Source of the DNA: Polyangiaceae bacterium
GTDB lineage: Bacteria > Myxococcota_A > Polyangia > Polyangiales > Polyangiaceae
DNA length: 64,000 nucleotides
Assembly: GCA_033763455.1 (NCBI GenBank)
Contig: JANRKO010000023.1
Coordinates: forward strand, 256,001 to 320,000
Reading direction: 5' to 3'
Shown: piece after piece, positions 39,952 through 47,704 of the stretch
How positions within the stretch are numbered: position 1 is the first letter of the stretch
How the letters are laid out: each line of letters starts with the position of its first letter
Position numbers and translations under genes: made by a program
Notes under the pieces: model-generated
Told to the model about the DNA's origin: nothing
The model's input: only the letters and a program-made list of their open reading frames with translations
Database searches by the model: none

Positions 39952-40956
39952 ATGCGCTCCGATGCCGACTTTTCTCACGCCTCCCAGAAGGTCATCCAAT
40001 CCATCACTGCCGTGTGGGCCTATGCAAGCCTGGCATCGGGAGTTTCGCTGGGACTATTTACTCACATCGAGGGTGGAACCAACACCGTCGCCCGCCTTTC
40101 AGAGGCAACTGGAGCGCCAGAGCGCGGATTGAACGCGATTCTCGAGGTGTTAGCGGTGAGCGGTTATGTCGACAAGCGGGGTAACGCCTTCTTCAATCGC
40201 CCTGAAACATCAGCTGTGCTCGTTGCAGGAAAACCGGAGTACCTAGGCGACTTTGTCTTACACAATCTCCGGGTTTTTGAGGAGTGGGGTACATTGCCGG
40301 AAGTGGTCGCCAGCGGGGTTCCAGCCATCCCGCTTCGAGACGCGCCAAACCATCCGTTCTGGGAGTCTATCGGGCAAGCGGCGCTCCCGTTGGGCATTCC
40401 CTTCGCGCAAGCTGCGTCCAAGTTACTCAAGATCTCCGGCGCGGGGCCAATCAAGATCCTCGATGTAGCAGGTGGCACAGGATATTTCGCGTGTTCTTGG
40501 CTGAAGGACAACCCCGAGGCCCACGCCACCCAGCTGGATTGGGCCAACATGAATGCGCTCGCGGAGCGGCTCGCGATGTCATGGGGAGTAGGTGAACGAT
40601 TTACTACGCAGGCCGGTAACTCCATGGAAGTCGACCTCGGCAAAGACACTTGGGATTACATTGTCTACGCCCAAATGGCGCACGGCATTGGTTGGACGAG
40701 CAATGTTGCAGTGTTTCGCCGCGCGTACGGCGCCCTCAAGGCGGGCGGCTCCTTGGTGATTGCGGACTACCTACGAACGGACGACGCCCCCCACCCGTTC
40801 GTGTCACTCATGGACGTAAACATTTTGATCCACAGCGCGGATGGTCGCGTTTGGAGTGCCGATGACTGCCGTTCCATGGTCAAGGAGGCGGGTTTCCAGA
40901 ATGTCACCGTGCAATCCGTACGCGGCCCCAATTCGCTCGTGGTTGCTCGCAAGTAG
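39952..40956 (+). CDS. SAM-dependent O-methyltransferase (Methyltransf_2 family with N-terminal dimerisation domain)
   Basis: N-terminal wHTH-like dimerisation region (LGLFTHI...VARLSEATG..ERGL); motif I ILDVAGGTG; ALKAGGSLVIAD; EAGF. Confidence 0.88.
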   Translation: MRSDADFSHASQKVIQSITAVWAYASLASGVSLGLFTHIEGGTNTVARLSEATGAPERGLNAILEVLAVSGYVDKRGNAFFNRPETSAVLVAGKPEYLGDFVLHNLRVFEEWGTLPEVVASGVPAIPLRDAPNHPFWESIGQAALPLGIPFAQAASKLLKISGAGPIKILDVAGGTGYFACSWLKDNPEAHATQLDWANMNALAERLAMSWGVGERFTTQAGNSMEVDLGKDTWDYIVYAQMAHGIGWTSNVAVFRRAYGALKAGGSLVIADYLRTDDAPHPFVSLMDVNILIHSADGRVWSADDCRSMVKEAGFQNVTVQSVRGPNSLVVARK

Positions 40957-41007
40957 CGGCCCCATAGCCTGAAGAACAAGCACGACCGTTATCGGTAGGG
41001 CGCCCCA

Positions 41008-42873
41008 CTAGCTCCGCTTAAATCCCGCTACCGTCTTAGCCCGATCACCCAACGGAGGTGAAATACTGGGATCCACACGCACTCTAATGAGGCTCGGGCC
41101 TCGTTGTTTCAGCGCAGCCGGTAGTGCCTCCCGCAATTGGCCCGGCTCACTCACGTCGTAGAAAGCAAGGCCCAATGCTTCGGCCAGAAGATCTATCCGC
41201 AGCTCGCGCCTATTCACGATGCTGTGCATCGGGCGGCCGCCGTTCACGAGTTTGCTTCCATGAAAAGTGATGCCGTGCATTTGGTTGTCCTCAACAATCC
41301 ACACCACGGGCACTTGATGCTCAGCCGCCGTAAGTAACTCCAGCCCATTCATGGTGAGGCATGCGTCCCCAACAATGGCAACCACAGGACGCCCTGGGTA
41401 GGCAATGGCCGTCCCGATGGGGGCCACAGTTCCATGCCCCATCGATCCAAAGCCCAAATTGAGCACAAAGCGCTGCCCGCGACGAATCGCAAGGTGGCGG
41501 ATGTTGAACAGCATATGCGCGCCGATATCGGAGTAAATGATGGCGTCACCCGGAAGCACCTCGGTGAGCTCCTGGCGCCAAACCTCAGGGGAGACATAAC
41601 CCTTCGCACTCGAGGTGACGTTACTCGAAGCAACGCTGCTGTCGGCGCCACCACTCGCGGAAACACTCACCATTTGGGAATGCTGCGGTGCGCGCGGAAG
41701 CGGAACCCAGGTCGAACAGCACTCTTCACCACGTGCTTGATCGCGGCGCACCTGGTGCGAAAGTTCGAGCAAAATGGTTGCGGCATCACCGACCAAAGGG
41801 ACTTGAACCTGGTAGTTGCGGCCAATGCGTTCTGGATCAATATCCAGCTGAAGGAGCGTACGACCCTCTGTTAGACCGGCGTGCCAGTTCAGAGTGGTGG
41901 TTTCGTTCAGGCTCGCGCCGACAGTGAGGAGCACGTCCACTCCATGTGCGGGAGTAAGCAGAACTTCGCGCGCGAGATCATGACCGGCAAAGCCCAGCAC
42001 GCCGAGGGATAATCGGTGATCCTCCGGGAATACTCCCTTGGCCCGCGGAGTGGTGGCAACGGGGAGGTTTAGCTGCTCGGCAAACTGAATCACGCGTGAT
42101 TGCGCGGTGTCCCCTACTACGCCAGACCCAACAAGCAGCACCGGACGCTTCGCACGCAGCAACGCCAAAGATGCTCGCTTGATGGCCTCACGATCGAATA
42201 GGGCCCGCGCCGCGCGATAACTTTCAGGGGCCCATGGCTCATCGTCAACCGGCTGTAGCCAAAGGTTTACGGGGACGTTGAGATGCACGGGGCCGGGGCG
42301 TCCACTGTAGGCCTGGCGCATGGCTCTGCGAAAATGGTGCGCGAACCTATCGGCTGAAGGCACCATCGCCGAATACTTTGTAATCGGCTTAAACATCCCC
42401 ACGATGTCGATGTCTTCCCGGGGCGTCTCCTGAGCCGCTCCCTTGCCCAACATATGGCTCGGTGCCTGCCCCGTGATTACCAACATTGGTACACCGTCGG
42501 CGAATGCAACGCTCACACCCGTGATCATGTTCGTGGCCCCAGGGCCAGACGTGGCCGCAACAACAGCGAGGCGCTCCTCAAGGCGGGCGAACCCATCAGC
42601 CATGAATGCGGCACTTCCCTCGTGTTTATTGACGACCAGCTGTACGTCCGGATCGCACTCAATCGCGTCGAAGAATGGGTGCAAAAGGCCACCTGGGACG
42701 CCAAAAACGACCGTAACGCCTTCAGCCTTCAGGTGCCGAAGCATGAGATCCATCATCGTGAGCCGCGGCGTCGCCACTGGCAGCACCATGCTTTCTGGGA
42801 CCATCGAGTCTGCAAGACTGGGGATTTTGAGTTCAGCTTGAGCCATATGGGGCGACGCTCTCAGGGTGGGCAT
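41008..42873 (-). CDS. thiamine diphosphate-dependent enzyme (acetolactate synthase/acyloin synthase-like)
   Basis: Motifs FGVPGG, HEGSAAFMADG, TSGPGATN, GRPGPVHL and GSMG, plus the ThDP motif GDA...EDN. The start may be at 42846 or later. Confidence 0.9.
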   Translation of the reverse strand: MPTLRASPHMAQAELKIPSLADSMVPESMVLPVATPRLTMMDLMLRHLKAEGVTVVFGVPGGLLHPFFDAIECDPDVQLVVNKHEGSAAFMADGFARLEERLAVVAATSGPGATNMITGVSVAFADGVPMLVITGQAPSHMLGKGAAQETPREDIDIVGMFKPITKYSAMVPSADRFAHHFRRAMRQAYSGRPGPVHLNVPVNLWLQPVDDEPWAPESYRAARALFDREAIKRASLALLRAKRPVLLVGSGVVGDTAQSRVIQFAEQLNLPVATTPRAKGVFPEDHRLSLGVLGFAGHDLAREVLLTPAHGVDVLLTVGASLNETTTLNWHAGLTEGRTLLQLDIDPERIGRNYQVQVPLVGDAATILLELSHQVRRDQARGEECCSTWVPLPRAPQHSQMVSVSASGGADSSVASSNVTSSAKGYVSPEVWRQELTEVLPGDAIIYSDIGAHMLFNIRHLAIRRGQRFVLNLGFGSMGHGTVAPIGTAIAYPGRPVVAIVGDACLTMNGLELLTAAEHQVPVVWIVEDNQMHGITFHGSKLVNGGRPMHSIVNRRELRIDLLAEALGLAFYDVSEPGQLREALPAALKQRGPSLIRVRVDPSISPPLGDRAKTVAGFKRS

Positions 42874-43230
42874 CCACGATGTTCGCGGGTGGTATTCATG
42901 CGTGCCCGAGCGAGCTTGATTTGCTAAGCAGCGCCCAAAACACCACCCTTACTTATGCCAGTCATCCCGGACAACAGCAAGAACAACTCCGCCAGAACAG
43001 CTGTATGTGACAAAATTCGATCGAAACGTTTGTGTGACTTTCTCTGCTTCGTGCGTTCGCAGGTGCGCATCTGACTTTTTCGGGACTCGCCACGTCCCTC
43101 CAGATAGGCATTTGTTGAAACAGGCAGGGCGTTTGATGTGGCAAGTGGTCGTCTCGTTCGCGCAAACGAAACACGCAGGGAGCGCACGTGAATCAGGCCA
43201 CGTGCAGCGAGCCCAAGCGCTATTGAGCAC

Positions 43231-43264
43231 CACCCAGATACTTAGCATGCTAAGTATCTGGGTG
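43231..43264. repeat. perfect 34-bp palindrome, copy 2 of the family
   Basis: CACCCAGATACTTAGCA|TGCTAAGTATCTGGGTG. Confidence 0.9.
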
Positions 43265-43405
43265 AGGGAACCCAATCCTCAGTCCTGCGAATTCGAAAAT
43301 CCTAACCTTCACTGAAGACAAAGCCCAAGTCGCCCAACGTATTTTACGCGAAAGAAGGTAGATGAGTAACAACTCCCCCACCCCATCACCGTGCAGCCCC
43401 TGCGG

Positions 43406-45130
43406 CTAAAACCAGCGAATCAGCAAATCCACATCCTGCTCCGAAAGCACCCGCACCATCGACACACCGGTCCGTCCGTAGGTTCGACAGGCGCCCTCAA
43501 TGACTCCCACCTGATAGCATTCCGGGAAGTTCCAGATCCCGCGAAACTCAACTACCGCCTGGTGCTCCGAACACACTGGAACGTTAACCCACCCAGGGCT
43601 GATACTCAGTTGGTAACCTCTTGGGAGGAGCTGGTACGCTTGGACCAAGTCTCGCCCGGCCAAGGCGAAGACGACGCGTCCCACGACACCCTCCAAGTAA
43701 GTAGGCATAGTTTCCCAGCCGATGCGCCGAAGGCCTTCCCTCAGCGCAAGGTGGGGGTACACGGCTCGTGCGAAACGCACTAAGAGATCCATATAATCCC
43801 GCATGGGGTAGTTGCGAAATGCAATGTACCTATCGGTGTCTCCAAGGTCGAAGCCCTTTGCGGCGCGCAAGAGGTAGCTGAAGTACATACCCCTAACAGT
43901 CGCGGTCATTGGCGTCGCGGCAATCCGGCGTTCATATTCTAGCGAGGCTTGGAAATCCGGAGGGGAGAATTGCCCTGGATCGAAACCATTGGTCACAAGC
44001 TCGCGATCTAGTGCGTGTAGATCCAGATCGGATGGAAGGGACGTGGCCGCGTTGGCAACTGACGAAGCTGAGCGCGCCCTGCTCGCCGTGGATCGCACAC
44101 TTGGTCCCTCTGGGATCTCGAATTCCCCAGATGGCTCCGTGCCCGCAGCGCGGCTCCCCGAAGCACTCGCCTCAGACGCCACAGAAACCATGTCCGAAGG
44201 AGCTTTCTCCCCGCGACCAACCACCAACGTCTCGCCAGACTCGTCACCAGATCCGCGATTCAGCGCGAAAAGCGCTCTCTCCCCGACACTCACGTTCTTC
44301 AGAGCACACCGCATACTAACAGCGCTGCGGAAGCGGTCTTGCACCTCGAACGCGAGCGCTTTGTCGATCACCTCCGCGAGCGCTTCTGGGCACTCCGGAA
44401 GTACTGAGCGTACAGCTCTTGGCGCAACGGTCATGGCTCGGCCGAGGCGTTCGGCCTCCGTGCGGCCCGAGTGAACATATTCACCGCTTAACAACGTGAA
44501 TAATGTGGCACCCAGCGACCAAATATCGGTTTGCGGGCACACGGCATCGTGCCTGCCGGCGGCTTGCTCAGGGGCCATGAAAGCTGGCGTGCCGATGAGC
44601 TCTCCCACAGAGCTTTGCGATGCATTGCCTTCGAGGAGGGAGCGCGCAACGCCAAAGTCTAAGATCTTAACGCGACCTTGATGCGTGAGGAAAAGATTAG
44701 AGGGCTTCAGATCGCGATGAACAACGCCTTTCCCATGCGCGTACGCCAGCGCTTCGAGCACTTGTATGGCAAAGTCCAGCAGCTCAGCCGGCGAGAATGG
44801 AGCCGTTTGGTGCCGCTCCTTGAGCGAATGTCCCGCCAAGAGCTCCATCACGAGAAAGGGGCGATCGTCGCCGTAAAGGCCCGCCTCTTTGAGTTGGCAG
44901 ATGCCTGGATGCTTGAGCTTGCCGAGCAGCTCGGCTTCGCGCAGCACGCGCTTGAGCGTGCCCGAGTGGCCAACCAAGTTTGGGTGCAAGAGCTTCACGG
45001 CGGCGCGCTCCCCCTTTGCATTCCTGGCCCGATACACCGTGCCCATGCCGCCAGCGCCAATCACTGCCTCAAGAGCCCAGCCTGAACCAAACGGCTCCAA
45101 CGGGATTTCGGGAAAGCTTTCGACCACCAC
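43406..45130 (-). CDS. Ser/Thr protein kinase fused to a C-terminal DUF2378 domain
   Basis: N-terminal kinase (GAGGMG, HRDLKPSN, DFG, APE), a Ser/Ala-rich linker, then VRGMYFSYL, RYIAFRNYPMRDYM, YQVGVIEG and DVDLLIRWF. Confidence 0.9.
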   Translation of the reverse strand: MVVESFPEIPLEPFGSGWALEAVIGAGGMGTVYRARNAKGERAAVKLLHPNLVGHSGTLKRVLREAELLGKLKHPGICQLKEAGLYGDDRPFLVMELLAGHSLKERHQTAPFSPAELLDFAIQVLEALAYAHGKGVVHRDLKPSNLFLTHQGRVKILDFGVARSLLEGNASQSSVGELIGTPAFMAPEQAAGRHDAVCPQTDIWSLGATLFTLLSGEYVHSGRTEAERLGRAMTVAPRAVRSVLPECPEALAEVIDKALAFEVQDRFRSAVSMRCALKNVSVGERALFALNRGSGDESGETLVVGRGEKAPSDMVSVASEASASGSRAAGTEPSGEFEIPEGPSVRSTASRARSASSVANAATSLPSDLDLHALDRELVTNGFDPGQFSPPDFQASLEYERRIAATPMTATVRGMYFSYLLRAAKGFDLGDTDRYIAFRNYPMRDYMDLLVRFARAVYPHLALREGLRRIGWETMPTYLEGVVGRVVFALAGRDLVQAYQLLPRGYQLSISPGWVNVPVCSEHQAVVEFRGIWNFPECYQVGVIEGACRTYGRTGVSMVRVLSEQDVDLLIRWF

Positions 45131-45275
45131 TCGGTTACCCGCCGTCTACCGAGCATCCACCGGAAACTCAACTACTCAGCTTGTTCCAACGCGGAACGAG
45201 GTGAATGGCACGCTTCCTGGCCGGGCGAGCGAACCCTGGGGCGAATGCTCGTACCGGCCCTTTGCGCGCACATCC

Positions 45276-45707
45276 TCACTCTGGCCAAGTGAGCACATCC
45301 AAGCCTTCGCGTACGGCCGCCTCCGCGAGCCTCCGATCCAACACGACCATGCAGAGCGACGACGGATCGGGATCCGCAACAAGCATCGCTGCTGCTAGCT
45401 GCGCCGCATCTGCCGCACGAAGCGCATGCCGAGCCAAGAGCTGTTGCGCTCGACTCCTCACGGCCAAAAGGTCCGTCACCTCGTTGGCGCCCGCCGAAAG
45501 ACGATCGATCCTGCGCAGTGCTTGGATCCGTTGAGAGGGCGAGAGCAATCCCTCGCGTGCTCGCCGCTCAAGCGCGGAAACCAGCTCCAGCCGGGTAAGC
45601 CCCCAAACGATAACGTCAGCATCTTGCCTGAGCCAGTCCAAACAAAGCTCGGTGACTGCTTCCTCAACCACGAGCGGTATAAGGGCAGAGGCGTCCCAAA
45701 ACCTCAC
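45276..45707 (-). CDS. vapC: VapC-family PIN domain toxin
   Basis: Motifs FWDASAL, E, LRAADAAQLA and LDRRL. The GTG overlaps the antitoxin TGA. Confidence 0.88.
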   Translation of the reverse strand: MRFWDASALIPLVVEEAVTELCLDWLRQDADVIVWGLTRLELVSALERRAREGLLSPSQRIQALRRIDRLSAGANEVTDLLAVRSRAQQLLARHALRAADAAQLAAAMLVADPDPSSLCMVVLDRRLAEAAVREGLDVLTWPE

Positions 45708-45997
45708 AAGCGATCGCCCCGATCTTCATCGAGGGCCCGCTGCAGATCTGCGCGCTCTGCCTTAACTGCGGGCTCTTCTAACACCCAAGACAAGCTCGTG
45801 GTGTTACGGCGCAACACGCCAGACTCGGCCAGGTGCATCAGACGCTCCTTGTCGCGACTGCGACCCGCGGACGAGAGCCCCACAATGCGAGCGATAGGCA
45901 CACCCCGATCCAAGACTTCGACCTCGCTACCACGCCGAACCATGCCCAGGTAGCGAGACAGGTTCGCCTTAAGCTCGGAGATCGACGCGGATTTCAT
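45704..45997 (-). CDS. Phd/YefM family antitoxin
   Basis: ASISELKANLSRYL..VRRG.EV.V.DRG.PIARI; directly upstream of the PIN toxin. Confidence 0.88.
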   Translation of the reverse strand: MKSASISELKANLSRYLGMVRRGSEVEVLDRGVPIARIVGLSSAGRSRDKERLMHLAESGVLRRNTTSLSWVLEEPAVKAERADLQRALDEDRGDRL

Positions 45998-46032
45998 AAG
46001 ACTTATATAGTCTTATATGCATGACCTGTCAA
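45996..46032 (-). promoter_or_regulatory. promoter and autoregulatory operator of TA pair 1
   Basis: Minus strand TTGACA (46032-46027), 17 bp, TATATA, 6 nt, ATG. The inverted repeat ATAAGACT-N5-AGTCTTAT (45996-46016) overlaps the -10 and start codon. Confidence 0.6.
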
Positions 46033-46214
46033 GTCACATGCACTTCTTGCCGGTACACGGCATAGCGCAACCCACGCGTTTTCCCTTCACTGCAAGATCG
46101 TACCCAGAGGCCTCCGCTCCCGAAGCATTGTGTTGGGTAACATATCGAGACGGCGAGAGTGCCCACCGGCACGGTGCCGGAGCGCTGCACAAGTTAACTC
46201 GACTGAGGTCAGGC

Positions 46215-47594
46215 TCAAAGCGGGTAGCTGCAGCGAAAGCCGACGCTCTTGTGGCCCATGGTGGGCTCGAACTTCACGGACTGCGTGATGTTCAAAGTCG
46301 ACACGTCACTCGCCCACGACCCGCCTCGAGTTTGGCCATCGATCCCCGCGGCATCCTGAACCCACTCGGCGAGATTTCCCGCGAGATCAGCATGCCCGTA
46401 AGGCCCATTGCCGGCGGGAACCGACCCAACTGGAGCTATCTCGAGTCCGCTGCACCCAGCCACACCGTCCAGCCAACATCCGTGGACCGCCAGGCTCGTA
46501 CTGTTTCCGGGTGCGGTGGCGCCCCATGGGAAGGTTCCCCCGGACATGGGAGTAGCCGCAAACTGCCACTCGTTCTCAAGCGCCAACTTTCCACCATCCC
46601 AGTGGCAGAAGGCCTGCGCATTGTACCAGCTCACGCAGTTCATCGGTTTGGCGGCCTCTGCGGATGCAAGCGACCAAGTTCCTTCGCCGCTTTGACACTG
46701 GGAGCTGCTAAGAAGAGCCGCGGCGTCAGTGGCTACCATTGGGGTCCAGACCCCCATCCAACCCGCAGTCGTGAGCGGTCCGCCCGCGCCCTGCCATGCA
46801 TCGAAGGCTGCGACGAAGTTCGCGAAGCGGCCGACTGTTACCTCGAATTTGTCGAGACGAGCGAGAATCGGAGGATTCACAGCCTGGCCAGGGACAAGGG
46901 GGCGTTCACAGCAGCTCTCATTTCCTAGTGGCCCACAGTTGGCGGCAAGACCAGCACAACTGACCCCAGTCCCCTTGCATCCCGTGCCCGATACAGGTGT
47001 CCCCCAGTCACCAAGAACCGAGCACGTGGAGCTATTGGCCTGGATGCAACTCGTGGTTCCAGGCTGGCAGACGCCAACGCAACTTCCGGCAACACAGGCC
47101 TTGGAGACGCACCGCTCCACCTCTTGCCCAACCTGCGCTCCCGTGCACTGAACCACCGTGTTGGCTCCGCAGATTCTGGCGTTGATGTCTGCACCGGTAC
47201 ACGCGGGCACCCGTAGCGTGGCCCCTGCGCCACCCGCCGACTGACTGCCACCGCCCGCGCTCACGCCACCCGCTCCTCCGCTCAACGATGGTGGAGCACC
47301 GCTCGAGCCCGATTCTCCGCCGACCCCCACTCCCCCACTACCAGCAGCTCCAACGGATCCGCCCGCGCTCGACACTCCGCCAGCGCCCGACAACCCCATC
47401 GCCCCGCCGGCGTGCCCGTTTCCTCCCAGAGAAGCTGCCCCGGAAGCACCACCGGTTACCGGCGGGGGACAGGTGTACGTTTCGGCACAGTCGTTGAACT
47501 GCCTCCCACAAGCGCCCACCTGTGACGCGGCGAGACCGGTAACGCCCACCACTACCACCAGCAACCTTGATCGAACCGGGCGGAAATCACGCAT
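46215..47594 (-). CDS. secreted protein with Gly-rich linker, Cys-rich region and C-terminal FGE-sulfatase (SUMF1) domain
   Basis: Motifs LDKFEVTVGRF, PMNCVSW, FCHWDGGKL...EW, DLAGNLAEW, RGGSW and GFRC. A signal/lipobox (VGAC) follows the ATG at 47594. Confidence 0.82.
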   Translation of the reverse strand: MRDFRPVRSRLLVVVVGVTGLAASQVGACGRQFNDCAETYTCPPPVTGGASGAASLGGNGHAGGAMGLSGAGGVSSAGGSVGAAGSGGVGVGGESGSSGAPPSLSGGAGGVSAGGGSQSAGGAGATLRVPACTGADINARICGANTVVQCTGAQVGQEVERCVSKACVAGSCVGVCQPGTTSCIQANSSTCSVLGDWGTPVSGTGCKGTGVSCAGLAANCGPLGNESCCERPLVPGQAVNPPILARLDKFEVTVGRFANFVAAFDAWQGAGGPLTTAGWMGVWTPMVATDAAALLSSSQCQSGEGTWSLASAEAAKPMNCVSWYNAQAFCHWDGGKLALENEWQFAATPMSGGTFPWGATAPGNSTSLAVHGCWLDGVAGCSGLEIAPVGSVPAGNGPYGHADLAGNLAEWVQDAAGIDGQTRGGSWASDVSTLNITQSVKFEPTMGHKSVGFRCSYPL

Positions 47595-47704
47595 GCCCGC
47601 CGGTCTACCTCCCGCGCCAGGCCGCCGCAACCCTGAGACCGGCGGTCGGACCAATCGCGCTGGACCCGTCGGAAGCAGCGCTTTCGACCCCGAAAAACCG
47701 TCAG

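Noticed and set aside
41008..42873. Housekeeping ilvB gene symbol
   Set aside because: No ilvN or ilvC neighbours and a secondary-metabolism context, so it was left unnamed.
42949..43315. Overlapping ORFs on both strands containing ILSMLSIW
   Set aside because: An artefact of the 34-bp palindrome reading the same on both strands; no protein-like features.
46215..46900. FGE-sulfatase domain as a diversity-generating retroelement target
   Set aside because: No reverse transcriptase and no template repeat of the 3' end are visible in the window.
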